DNA from: Candidatus Poseidoniaceae archaeon
GTDB lineage: Archaea > Thermoplasmatota > Poseidoniia > Poseidoniales > Poseidoniaceae
Assembly: GCA_049606035.1 (NCBI GenBank)
Contig: JBMYVD010000002.1
Location: 9,712 to 73,711, forward strand
DNA: 64,000 nt
Reading direction: 5' to 3'
The position numbers and the translations under genes are program-made. The notes below the pieces were generated by a model that was given only the letters and a program-made list of their open reading frames with translations, made no database searches and was not told where the DNA came from. Positions 27,145-36,599 of the stretch are shown piece after piece; the first letter of the stretch is position 1, and each line of letters starts with the position of its first letter.

Positions 27145-28494
27145 ATGAGCACAGAATCAGCTAATGAATTAATTCATCGCCTCACTGAAGGAGGGCTTGA
27201 TGAGAAATTTGCGAGGATTATACTCGCATTAGTAGGTCAACCACCACTAAAAGCTAGTGAAATTGGAAAATTGTTATCGATTTCAAGAATGGATGCCTAT
27301 AACAGCCTAAAAAAACTCAATGAGATGGGATTAGTCCTTGCAACATTTGACAAGCCGATGAGATTTTCAGGGTTACAGATATCTGACGTTTTCAAACAAT
27401 TAATCAAGAGAGAAGAAGCAAGTGTTAGAAGGTTACAGCAGCACCTGAGTGAGATAAATGAAAATTCTTTGATAATAAATTCAAATCTATACAGACAAAA
27501 CCAAGAACCCTTATTTTCAGTTATTAAAGATAGACACAGTATCTATGGCACCATAGAAAATGTAGTCGAAGAATCCGAATCGATGGTATGGATGATGCTC
27601 TCAAAGTGGGGTATCCTTCACCTAATGCGCTCAGGCATCATCGATACAGTAAATGAGGCCCTAAATAGAGGAATTCAAATCCGTATTCTAGCAGATATTG
27701 AAACTCGTACGATTAGATTCTTTGACCAACTTGATGACCGCATTGAAATCCGCCACTTAGACAACCAAGCACAAATGGGTGTTTATGTTGACGAAGATGT
27801 TGGAATACAGATAGTAAACTCCGAAGGAAATCCAACTGGTCGCGGCAGGGACGATACTGCACTATTGATAGAGTCTGCAGACTACATGGAGGCACAACTT
27901 GAACTACTCAAAGTCCAATGGAGCGGAGGAGTGGATTACGCTGCTGCAAAAGCAAGGCTAGTTGATGGAATGATTACAGAACCGCTCAGTCTAAAGATAG
28001 GTGATGGTTCTTTCTATGAACGACTAAGAAAAATCATCGGAAAAGATTCTGGTTCAAGATTTACTAATCTGGTATCGAGAAGACCTGGAGAGCCAACAAC
28101 TCTTGGTTTATCCGCAGCATCTCTTCGAGAGTTGGGAATAGATATGAGCGACATTCTCCGAGTGGTAGGGCAGCGTATAGGTCAAGAATTGGCATTAGAA
28201 CTCAGAAATGAAAATGACGAAGAAACATTTTGGGACCAATTGAAACTCAAATGGAGAGAATTAGGAATGGGTGAAATTAGTATCGATGCAATGCCACCCA
28301 ATTTAGTCAGCGTTATCGATAACCATTCTCAAGATAGGGACCCTAGATTGGGTTCGGTGTTATGTCACATGGATGAAGGTGTTTTAGAAGGCATAGTAAA
28401 GGAAAGATATGGTATCATAGTAAATGCCTGCGAACAACTTTGTACTTCACGTGGAGAAGACCATTGTGAATTCAAAATTTCAATGATTAGTTGA
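27145..28494 (+). CDS. TrmB-family transcriptional regulator with a C-terminal V4R domain
   Basis: 449 aa. N-terminal wHTH LKASEIGKLLSISRMDAYNSLKKLNEMGLV, a TrmB-type middle domain, and a C-terminal V4R-like CHMDEGVLEGIV...CEQLCTSRGEDHCEFKI. Confidence 0.65.
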   Translation: MSTESANELIHRLTEGGLDEKFARIILALVGQPPLKASEIGKLLSISRMDAYNSLKKLNEMGLVLATFDKPMRFSGLQISDVFKQLIKREEASVRRLQQHLSEINENSLIINSNLYRQNQEPLFSVIKDRHSIYGTIENVVEESESMVWMMLSKWGILHLMRSGIIDTVNEALNRGIQIRILADIETRTIRFFDQLDDRIEIRHLDNQAQMGVYVDEDVGIQIVNSEGNPTGRGRDDTALLIESADYMEAQLELLKVQWSGGVDYAAAKARLVDGMITEPLSLKIGDGSFYERLRKIIGKDSGSRFTNLVSRRPGEPTTLGLSAASLRELGIDMSDILRVVGQRIGQELALELRNENDEETFWDQLKLKWRELGMGEISIDAMPPNLVSVIDNHSQDRDPRLGSVLCHMDEGVLEGIVKERYGIIVNACEQLCTSRGEDHCEFKISMIS

Positions 28495-28538
28495 TTTTTA
28501 CACACAGGTTGATATTCCTCTCCCTTCTCGGATTAATC

Positions 28539-28919
28539 ATGGACTGTAACACATGCGACACCGCACCTGCTATTGTTTTGAACAAACCAGAGGTCGTTAA
28601 TGTAACATTAACAATTACAACCAAAGCAAAGGAAATGCTTGATTCAGCATTCGACGGCGATATGTCTCACGCTTTACTTGTCGGAGTCTTATCTGGGGGC
28701 TGCTCTGGATACATGTATGATCTACAAATTGTGGAATCAACCGACCAAGATTGTCAGGAATTGAGCGTTGATGGATTCAGAGTCCTTGTTCCAAATGCAT
28801 CTTCTCACCTACTTGATGGAATCGAAATCGATTATGTCGACCGATTAATGGGCGGCGGTTTCAAAATAAACAATCCAAATGCTGCTAGTTCCTGTGGTTG
28901 TGGTGAATCATTCTCTTGA
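28539..28919 (+). CDS. HesB/IscA-family iron-sulfur cluster insertion protein
   Basis: ATG at 28539. GGCSGYMYDL and a C-terminal NPNAASSCGCGESFS. Confidence 0.8.
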   Translation: MDCNTCDTAPAIVLNKPEVVNVTLTITTKAKEMLDSAFDGDMSHALLVGVLSGGCSGYMYDLQIVESTDQDCQELSVDGFRVLVPNASSHLLDGIEIDYVDRLMGGGFKINNPNAASSCGCGESFS

Positions 28920-28929
28920 GAGTGATTCA

Positions 28930-29586
28930 ATGGGCGTAGTTAAACTGAACTCATATGTGTTAATCATTAGAGGTTCAGACCGTTTCAAATTCATAGACGG
29001 CCTTTCAACAAATAAAGTCGATGGCGATTGTTGTACTGTATTTACCACAACGACTGCAAAGGTAATCGATATGGTTGATGTAATCGACATGGGAGAATTC
29101 TTGGCGTTGGTTGGTCACAATCCCTTCAAGAATGATGTGCTAGAACACATGCACACGAGAATTCTAGGTCAAGATATTCAGATTGGAGATGCGTCTCAAA
29201 ACAATTCAGTATATTTGTCGACTTCAGATATTGACGTTTCAGACAGTGTAACTAAACGAAATACTTGGAGAGGATGGATTTTGGTAGCCCCAAATTCTGA
29301 AGAAATTGGTGAAACAATGGATTTGCAAGATTTCAATGAATATCGTGTGAAGAACATGATTCCCCACCAGGGATTTGAAATTACATCCAATAATCATCCA
29401 CTAGCTTGCGGTCTAGGTCATCTAGTGCATGAGGCAAAGGGATGTTACATTGGACAGGAGATACTCGCAAGAATGCGCAGTAGAGGCCGACAGGGAAAAG
29501 AACTGGTAAGGCTAGAAAACCCAGTAGAAAATCCTACAACATCGGGTAAGACCCACTCACTGGCCATTGTTAGAACTTCAAATTGA
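28930..29586 (+). CDS. YgfZ/GcvT-like folate-binding protein
   Basis: ATG at 28930. IRGSDRFKFIDGLSTNKV and the family signature KGCYIGQEILARM. Confidence 0.7.
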   Translation: MGVVKLNSYVLIIRGSDRFKFIDGLSTNKVDGDCCTVFTTTTAKVIDMVDVIDMGEFLALVGHNPFKNDVLEHMHTRILGQDIQIGDASQNNSVYLSTSDIDVSDSVTKRNTWRGWILVAPNSEEIGETMDLQDFNEYRVKNMIPHQGFEITSNNHPLACGLGHLVHEAKGCYIGQEILARMRSRGRQGKELVRLENPVENPTTSGKTHSLAIVRTSN

Positions 29587-29595
29587 TTTGATTTA

Positions 29596-30186
29596 TTATT
29601 CGCTACCTTTTGACCTAAATGATTCTAAGGTTGTAGAAATTTTTTCGTATACTGCATTCTCAAACTCTGCAATTTTCTTAACATACTCATTTTCTGAAGG
29701 TCCATCTTCTTTCAGAATCGGTACCATTGATGACCAAACACCTTCACCCTTGACTCGAGAGTATATTGCGGCTGAAACGTGTACTGCAATCAATACGTAA
29801 CTCGAGGTAGCCGTGAATTCGTGTATTCCAATCGCAATATTCTGCAAAGGACCATCGACGATTCCTTGCTTGAACAAGAATGCTATCGCAAGACCAGAAA
29901 GAGGAAGTAAAATCAAACAAAGATACATCGAGGTGTGAACTGATTTAGCAATGAATTTGTGGACTGGATGAACAGGAACGGTAGATGCATGCATTGTTCC
30001 TACATTTTTCATGTAGAAATATCTCATGAGTACAATAAGAAGGAATATACTGGCAAAAATTACCTCAAAAATCAGAAGTCCGTTATCTTCTAACTGTGAT
30101 ATGTCATCTAATTGCTTGAACATTCCATAAGCATAGAGCACGATGAAACTCCAGTGGATTGTTTTGGCTAGTTTTGTATGCGCCAC
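29596..30186 (-). CDS. cytochrome b561-family membrane protein
   Basis: 196 aa. Four TM helices carry conserved His residues (KTIHWS, HPVHKF..SVHTS, GIHEF...AVHVS). There is a C-terminal soluble tail of about 45 aa. Confidence 0.6.
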   Translation of the reverse strand: MAHTKLAKTIHWSFIVLYAYGMFKQLDDISQLEDNGLLIFEVIFASIFLLIVLMRYFYMKNVGTMHASTVPVHPVHKFIAKSVHTSMYLCLILLPLSGLAIAFLFKQGIVDGPLQNIAIGIHEFTATSSYVLIAVHVSAAIYSRVKGEGVWSSMVPILKEDGPSENEYVKKIAEFENAVYEKISTTLESFRSKGSE

Positions 30187-30256
30187 GATAACACCAGTTG
30201 ACTTTCGACATTGTTACTTATACAAGTTTCACAATATTGCTGAAAAGTTCCCGATT

Positions 30257-31195
30257 TCAATATCCGAGGATGTCTTTCAATTGGCTCTTGTAAAAATTGC
30301 CTGATCCCTGTAGTGATTCTAACTCTGAATCAGTCAAATCTAACTCAAAGATTGTTTCAACACCATTCGCCCCAATAATACATGGAACACCGATGTAAAC
30401 ATCATCTAATCCATATTGCCCTGTCAGGTGACATGATGCAGGAATCACTCTTCTTCTGTCATTTAGGACGGACTCTGCCATGATAGCAGCTGCTGACCCT
30501 GGAGCATAGAACGCAGAACCTCTCTCTAGAAGTTTTACAATTTCTCCACCGCCACCTGCGGTTCTCTCGCTAATTGCTTGAATTCTATCCTCAGGGATCA
30601 ACTGAGTAATTGGTATTCCACCGACAGTTGTGTATCTTGGCAATGGAACCATTGTATCACCGTGCCCACCTAGAACCATCGGAGAGATGTCTTCTTCAGC
30701 ACAATTCAATTCTAAGGCGATGAAATGAGCCATCCTTGCGCTATCCAATACACCTGCTTGACCAATTACACGATTGGTTGGGAATCCGGTAACTTTCTGC
30801 ATGTGGTAGGTCATTAGGTCAAGGGGATTGGTGACCACAATTACAGTAGAATCTGGAGCATGGTCTCTGATACCTGCTCCTACTTGAGAGATAATCTCTG
30901 CATTCTTACCAATCAAATCTTCACGGGACATTCCAGGTTTCCTGGGGAAACCGCTTGTCACAACCACAACATCACTACCGGAAATGTCGTTGTAATCTGC
31001 TGTTCCGGTTATTGTCCCATCATAATTCAAAACGTTACTGTTTTGACTCATGTCTAGAGCCTTACCTTTTGCAAACCCTTCAAAGATATCTAACAGAACG
31101 ATGTCTGCAACTTTCATTTGTGCCAAGACAAATGCGCACGTTGCACCAACATTTCCAGCCCCAATAACTGCGATTTTCCTTCTTCCCGCTGCCAT
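30257..31195 (-). CDS. mdh: malate dehydrogenase (LDH-like family)
   Basis: ATG at 31195 (MAAGRRKIAVIGAGNVGATCAF). VVVTSGFPRKPGMSREDL, VTNPLD, LGGHGD. Confidence 0.85.
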   Translation of the reverse strand: MAAGRRKIAVIGAGNVGATCAFVLAQMKVADIVLLDIFEGFAKGKALDMSQNSNVLNYDGTITGTADYNDISGSDVVVVTSGFPRKPGMSREDLIGKNAEIISQVGAGIRDHAPDSTVIVVTNPLDLMTYHMQKVTGFPTNRVIGQAGVLDSARMAHFIALELNCAEEDISPMVLGGHGDTMVPLPRYTTVGGIPITQLIPEDRIQAISERTAGGGGEIVKLLERGSAFYAPGSAAAIMAESVLNDRRRVIPASCHLTGQYGLDDVYIGVPCIIGANGVETIFELDLTDSELESLQGSGNFYKSQLKDILGY

Positions 31196-31355
31196 AGAAA
31201 TAACTCTCCTACTAACAACGAAGAGTAGGACGCCCATAAGGATAGGTGGTGTAATTACGAACACCTAAATTTCGAATCTCGACCGTGTCGTTCAAGAACC
31301 GGATTCAATTCGCAACAATCAGCGGGTGCGTCCCATGCATCGCTGAGGTGGTCAG

Positions 31356-32519
31356 ATGAAGATTGGAGTTCCAATGGAGCCAGAGGGTGAAACCAGAGTC
31401 GCTATTGTACCAGGAAGCATGAAAAAATTGCAAAAAGCTGGTTTCGAAGTTATTGTAGAAAAGGGCGCAGGAACGGCAGCAAATTATTCTGACTCCGACT
31501 ACACTGATGCAGGTGCTACCATAGGTGGAAGAGAAGACGTAATGGCTTGCGAAATCATAATTTCAATTCGATTACCAAATACATCTGATTTATCTAAGGG
31601 CCAAATTGTCGTATGCGTTTCAGACCCATTTAGACATCCTGAAAAAGTCCAAGCTTGCATTGATGGCGGTATTACATTGATGAGCATGGATATGATTCCA
31701 CGACGATTGTCTAGAGCACAATCAATGGACGTCAACTCATCCCAAGACAATTTGGCAGGTTACAAAGCCGTACTTCTCGGTGCAGCTCATGTTCCACGTG
31801 GAATACCGATGATGACAACCTCTGCTGGTACAGTTAGACCTGCTAAGGTAGTAATCATGGGTTCTGGAGTTGCTGGATTACAAGCTATTGCTACCGCAAA
31901 GAGAATTGGTGCTGTAGTTTATGCATCTGACGTAAGAAAATCTGCTGCAGAACAGATTGAATCTGTTGGTGGGCGTTTCATTGAAGTCGACGGAATGGAC
32001 GATTTCGAAGATGAAGCCGGCTATGCAAAACCACTCACACCTGAATTCATTCAGAAAGTGAATGATACAGTTTGTGAAGTCGCAAGTGACGCTGACATCA
32101 TCGTCACAACTGCACGTATCTTTGGAAGACCTGCACCGATTACAGTTCCTGCTTCCGCAGTTGAGAATTTCAAATCTGGTGCCGTAGTTGTAGACATGAA
32201 TGCTGATGTTGGTGGTAACTGCGAACTCACAAAAGCAGGAGAAGTGCATACTACAGATAATGGAGTCATCATCGTAGGAACATCTAACCTTCCTGGAACA
32301 CTTGCTAACACAGCATCAATGCTTTATTCCAACAACCTTACTACCTTCATCACAAGTTTGGTTGACAAAGAAAACGGATTCCAAATCTCCGAAGAAGATG
32401 ATATTCTAGTCGGAGCGCCAGAAGGAAATAATTTCCACGTACCAGGAATGGGAGGCGTTCTGATTTGTAAGGATGGAGAATTGCATCCTAAACAAACACG
32501 ACTAGGAGGTGTTTTGTGA
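31356..32519 (+). CDS. pntAA: NAD(P) transhydrogenase subunit alpha, part 1
   Basis: 387 aa. MKIGVP.E...E.RVA..P, GSGVAGLQAIATAKRIGA (Rossmann fold). Confidence 0.9.
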   Translation: MKIGVPMEPEGETRVAIVPGSMKKLQKAGFEVIVEKGAGTAANYSDSDYTDAGATIGGREDVMACEIIISIRLPNTSDLSKGQIVVCVSDPFRHPEKVQACIDGGITLMSMDMIPRRLSRAQSMDVNSSQDNLAGYKAVLLGAAHVPRGIPMMTTSAGTVRPAKVVIMGSGVAGLQAIATAKRIGAVVYASDVRKSAAEQIESVGGRFIEVDGMDDFEDEAGYAKPLTPEFIQKVNDTVCEVASDADIIVTTARIFGRPAPITVPASAVENFKSGAVVVDMNADVGGNCELTKAGEVHTTDNGVIIVGTSNLPGTLANTASMLYSNNLTTFITSLVDKENGFQISEEDDILVGAPEGNNFHVPGMGGVLICKDGELHPKQTRLGGVL

Positions 32520-32827
32520 TGACTCCAGAACTACTTATCGGCTCAATCACCTTATTCGTACTATCAATCTTCCTCGGAGTTGAACTAATTACAAAAGTTC
32601 CAGCCATGCTACACACCCCTCTAATGAGTGGTGCAAACGCAATTTCAGGAATAAGTGTAGTCGGTGCACTAATCGGAGCAAACGTCGCATATGATGGTGG
32701 AGATACTGTGACTTCTGGAATCCTTGCTTTCATCGCATTGGTACTTGCAATGATAAACGTCGTAGGTGGATTCGCTGTAACAAATCGTATGTTGAATATG
32801 ATTGCTGGAAAGAAGAGAGGTGCTTGA
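32516..32827 (+). CDS. pntAB: NAD(P) transhydrogenase subunit alpha, part 2 (membrane)
   Basis: 103 aa, three TM helices, HTPLMSGANAISG. GGAGGTG Shine-Dalgarno-like box and an ATGA-type overlap with pntAA. Confidence 0.85.
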   Translation: MMTPELLIGSITLFVLSIFLGVELITKVPAMLHTPLMSGANAISGISVVGALIGANVAYDGGDTVTSGILAFIALVLAMINVVGGFAVTNRMLNMIAGKKRGA

Positions 32828-32828
32828 A

Positions 32829-34247
32829 ATGGAAGACTGGGTACCAATTGGATATTTGATCTCAGCGATTTTCTTCATCTTCGGATTGAAGAAATTAGGA
32901 CACCCACGGACTGCTCCTAAAGGAAATCAATTCGGAATGCTAGGTATGGCAACTGCGGTTGTTACAACAATCGTAGACATGAATTTCCTGCCAGATGGAA
33001 TTGTTGGCTGGACCCTAATCATTGCCGGAATCCTAATCGGTTCGCTGATTGGATACATTATGGCGGTTAAGGTCGAGATGACTGGAATGCCGGAAATGGT
33101 TGCTCTGTTCAATGGATTTGGTGGAGCCGCATCTGCTTTAGTTGCTCTATCTGAAACTTGGAAATGGATTGAAACTACATCCCCTGAACCAGGACTTGCA
33201 GCAACTGTTGCTGTTGGTGCTGCTGGACTGAGTGCTCTTGTTGGATGGATGACACTCACAGGTTCCCTTCTAGCAATGTACAAACTCAAAGGCGGAGTTG
33301 AGATCTTTGGAAAGTGGATTAGAACTCCAACTTGGGGTCCCGCATGGCTAAACCCTGTGAAGGCACTGTTGTTCATATCAGTTCTAGCACTGATTTACTT
33401 GTCAATTGAGGACCCAACAAACACCACATATATTTGGGCGATAATCGGAATCTCTTGCGTGTTAGGAATTATCCTCGTTCTACCAATCGGTGGAGCAGAT
33501 ATGCCGGTAGTGGTCAGCCTTCTGAATTCACTATCAGGAATTGCTGCAGCATTTACAGGTTTCATCATCAACAACAGCGTTTTGATCGTTGCAGGAAGCC
33601 TAGTCGGTGCTTCAGGACTTATCCTAACATTCATCATGTGCAAGGCAATGAATAGACAACTAGTTGATGTTCTGTTCAAGTCATTCGGAGGTGGAGAGAA
33701 GCAGGAACTGACCAGAACCAAAGTCGGTAGTGATGCTGATGAAGTCGCAATGATGGCAGATGGTGCACAAAAAGTAATCATCGTACCAGGTTACGGTATG
33801 GCAGTAAGCCAGTGCCAGCACCAAGTCAAGGAATTTGCAGACCTAATGCAAGAAAAGTTCGATACCGAAGTTAAGTATGCAATTCACCCTGTTGCAGGTA
33901 GAATGCCTGGTCACATGAACGTACTACTCGCAGAGGCTAACGTCCCATACGAACAACTAATCGAAATGGATGAAATCAATCCTGAATTCCCGGAGTGTGA
34001 CATGGCTATTGTAATCGGTGCAAACGACACATGCAACCCAGCAGCCAGAACAGGTGAAGGTCCTCTAGCGGGAATGCCAATTATCGATGTAGACCAAGCA
34101 AGAACTGTTGTTATCATCAAGAGAAGCTTGAGCGTTGGTTATGCTGGTGTTGACAACGACTTATTCTACGAAGATAAGACAATGATGTTATTCGGTGATG
34201 GCAAAGCAATGATGACTGAGTTGAATAACGCAATCAAAGAACTTTGA
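32829..34247 (+). CDS. pntB: NAD(P) transhydrogenase subunit beta
   Basis: ATG at 32829. A multi-TM N-terminal part and a C-terminal dIII domain: VPGYGMAVSQCQH, HPVAGRMPGHMNVLLAEA, GANDTCNP. Confidence 0.9.
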   Translation: MEDWVPIGYLISAIFFIFGLKKLGHPRTAPKGNQFGMLGMATAVVTTIVDMNFLPDGIVGWTLIIAGILIGSLIGYIMAVKVEMTGMPEMVALFNGFGGAASALVALSETWKWIETTSPEPGLAATVAVGAAGLSALVGWMTLTGSLLAMYKLKGGVEIFGKWIRTPTWGPAWLNPVKALLFISVLALIYLSIEDPTNTTYIWAIIGISCVLGIILVLPIGGADMPVVVSLLNSLSGIAAAFTGFIINNSVLIVAGSLVGASGLILTFIMCKAMNRQLVDVLFKSFGGGEKQELTRTKVGSDADEVAMMADGAQKVIIVPGYGMAVSQCQHQVKEFADLMQEKFDTEVKYAIHPVAGRMPGHMNVLLAEANVPYEQLIEMDEINPEFPECDMAIVIGANDTCNPAARTGEGPLAGMPIIDVDQARTVVIIKRSLSVGYAGVDNDLFYEDKTMMLFGDGKAMMTELNNAIKEL

Positions 34248-34257
34248 ATACACAAAT

Positions 34258-34275
34258 CCGCCCCTTTAGGGGCGG
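34258..34275 (+). terminator. GC-rich hairpin 10 nt after the pntB stop
   Basis: CCGCCCC-TTTA-GGGGCGG. No T-run follows, so a terminator role is tentative. Confidence 0.35.
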
Positions 34276-34318
34276 CAGAATGTGACAATGTTCAATAGGG
34301 AACCACAGGTGGAGGCAA

Positions 34319-35269
34319 ATGATGTCCCGAAGGTTCACCATACTCTTGGTTGCGACCCTAGCAATTATGCTGGCTGCCCCAGCCTTTGGAAACTCACAAG
34401 GTCCACCTTGGATGCACAACGACAGAATCATTCCTGAAGAAGGATGTTCATGTCACGGTGCTGGCGGATCACCAAGTAACGAAGTTATTCTTTCCATTTC
34501 AGGAGTCCCAAGAGTCTACGAAGAATCGGGAACATACAATCTAACTGTCAGCCTAGCACACTCAACTTACATCGCAGGCGGGTACATGATTTGGGATTAT
34601 GGAGACGGTAACTTCACACCAGGGGATGGTTCGAAGTACGTTGAAGACTCCGGTGGAGCATTATCACACGACAACGTTGGAAATGATTGGGAGATTGTTT
34701 GGACGGCACCAGAAAGCGATGTTGGAGATGTGCATTTCTCGCTTGCAGGAAACATAGTCGATGGAAGCGGCGCACCAGATGCAGGAGACCATTGGACAAT
34801 TCTTACTTTCACAGTTTCAGCACCTGAAACTGCAACTCCTGACGCTGATGAGAGTTTGAGAACAATTAGTGTCGGAGATTATGAATCGTTATTCGGCCAG
34901 AAATCACCGGAAGAAATTGAAGCAGAGAGACAAGCAGAAATTGCTAACAGTTACTTAGAACAAGGAAACCTATACTTCTGGACAACCCTGTCAATACTAA
35001 TTGTCGCAGCGGTCATACAGGGTGAATTCTACGAGCGAAGATTCGGAGGAGGACCACCTCACCTAGATATGAGTCTAGCAATGCCTCAGGCAATAAGAAG
35101 AAGTGCGATTACACTAGGCCTTGCAATTGGATTCGGTTGGGCAATTGATACCGCACTTCCATGGGGATACACCTTAGTTATCGGTATGTGTCTACTATGG
35201 GGCATTTTCGGAGTTTACAGAACAATTGTTCAGGCTAGAGCAGAACCGAAAGACATGGATTTGGTCTGA
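34319..35269 (+). CDS. twin-arginine-signal, membrane-anchored protein with a CxCH motif and a beta-sandwich (Reeler/DOMON-like?) ectodomain
   Basis: 316 aa. MMSRRFTILLVATLAIMLAAPAFG signal, EEGCSCHGAGG, WEIVWTAPESDVGDVHFSLAGN. Three C-terminal hydrophobic helices. Confidence 0.5.
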   Translation: MMSRRFTILLVATLAIMLAAPAFGNSQGPPWMHNDRIIPEEGCSCHGAGGSPSNEVILSISGVPRVYEESGTYNLTVSLAHSTYIAGGYMIWDYGDGNFTPGDGSKYVEDSGGALSHDNVGNDWEIVWTAPESDVGDVHFSLAGNIVDGSGAPDAGDHWTILTFTVSAPETATPDADESLRTISVGDYESLFGQKSPEEIEAERQAEIANSYLEQGNLYFWTTLSILIVAAVIQGEFYERRFGGGPPHLDMSLAMPQAIRRSAITLGLAIGFGWAIDTALPWGYTLVIGMCLLWGIFGVYRTIVQARAEPKDMDLV

Positions 35270-35273
35270 TATC

Positions 35274-36569
35274 ATGAATGACCTGCACCTGTCGTCAGAT
35301 GACAGGACACCATTTCAAGACCATCTTGAAGAATTGTCGAAAAGGACTACCTCTATTGTGATTCTTATTGTCATATTAACCGGTATATGGTCCATATCCA
35401 TTGACGAGATACTCAGATACACCCTAAACCAATTAGATCCATGCAGTGAAGCATGTGTCAATATATTTTCACCAGATGAGTGGGCAGGAACTCGATGGTT
35501 GAGTGCAGCTATTTTGGGGGTGTTTACCGCTGCACCCTTCGCAATGACACAAGCATATGGATTTGCGAAACCCGGTCTACTTCCTAGTGAAAGAAGAGGA
35601 ATGATAATCTGGATGATTTTGATGTGGATTTTATCACTATCAGCGATTGTATTTGTTCTATTTCGATTCCTTCCTTGGCTATACGGATATGGTCATTCAT
35701 TCAATGATGACACTGGACTTGTTGGAAGATATGATGCAGCGGAGATGCTTAGAATCTCAATATCGATAGCATGGGCGATGATACTTGTTTTGGCCGCAAT
35801 GAGTGTCGTAACAATTGCCGGCGCATCCAAATTATTGTGGTCTGGAAATTCTAGTTGGTGGCGTTTACGCATCCACGGTTTTATGCTAATGTTACTGTGG
35901 TTGGTTATTCCTCAACACTTACCCGGTTTACTATTTTCTTTAACGATTGTAGCATCAGGTCTTGTTGAGATTATTGGCTGGAAATCATTTCGCGCTCCCA
36001 TGCCGTTGGCTTATGGCTTGAAGGACATATTAGACATTGAAGGTAGAACACATAGAGTGCTATACGTGGATTGCTCCTGTTGTGGAACTACTCCATCGAT
36101 CAAGCCCCTGAATGGTATGGGCATCATGTCATACCGCTCTGTTTGTCGCTCAAAAGAAGAGCAGGACAATCTTATCGATGTTGTAAAAAGGTTTGGAGCA
36201 AGTCAAATTGTATTCTCAGGTTGTGTGATTGAATCACTACCAGTTAACTACCTAGACTCATTGAGGTTCCTAGGTTGTTCAGTAAGTTCTCTAAATCTTT
36301 CAAGACTAACTACAATAAGGACTGACAACAATCTAGTCGATTGTTCCTTGGCCATGGCATGGATTAGGCATCCATGGAGTGATAGAAGTGCTGAGGAAAG
36401 ATGTGTTGCTGTGATTAAAGACAATGATATCGTTACAATCATTTACGGAGAGAAGATACCATTCGGCCTGAACATTCAGCCAGGTGAGGCATGGTTGACT
36501 GCACCTACAGATTCACTAATCGATAAAATCGAAAAACTAGGTGTCAATCTGACATATTCTAGCAATTGA
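35274..36569 (+). CDS. tatC: TatC-like translocase subunit fused to a ~185-aa Cys-rich C-terminal domain
   Basis: 431 aa from ATG 35274, 4 nt after the upstream stop. FQDHLEELSKR, FSPDEWAGTRWLSAAILGVFTAAPFAMTQAYGFAKPGLLPSERR and six hydrophobic segments give a TatC pattern. The extra tail starts around VLYVDCSCCGTTPS. Confidence 0.65.
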   Translation: MNDLHLSSDDRTPFQDHLEELSKRTTSIVILIVILTGIWSISIDEILRYTLNQLDPCSEACVNIFSPDEWAGTRWLSAAILGVFTAAPFAMTQAYGFAKPGLLPSERRGMIIWMILMWILSLSAIVFVLFRFLPWLYGYGHSFNDDTGLVGRYDAAEMLRISISIAWAMILVLAAMSVVTIAGASKLLWSGNSSWWRLRIHGFMLMLLWLVIPQHLPGLLFSLTIVASGLVEIIGWKSFRAPMPLAYGLKDILDIEGRTHRVLYVDCSCCGTTPSIKPLNGMGIMSYRSVCRSKEEQDNLIDVVKRFGASQIVFSGCVIESLPVNYLDSLRFLGCSVSSLNLSRLTTIRTDNNLVDCSLAMAWIRHPWSDRSAEERCVAVIKDNDIVTIIYGEKIPFGLNIQPGEAWLTAPTDSLIDKIEKLGVNLTYSSN

Positions 36570-36599
36570 TTCAAAGAGAATAACTGCCACATATAATCA

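Noticed and set aside
31196-31264. A hydrophobic N-terminal extension (MFVITPPILMGVLLFVVSRRVIS) on the MDH track ORF.
   Set aside because: The Rossmann fold begins right after the internal ATG at 31195 (MAAGRRKIAVIGAG). The extension is most likely untranslated upstream sequence.
34445-34459. CSCHG as a possible c-type heme attachment site.
   Set aside because: The canonical site is CxxCH and this is CxCH. In addition, a Tat-type signal argues for a cofactor inserted in the cytoplasm. It is kept only as an unexplained motif.
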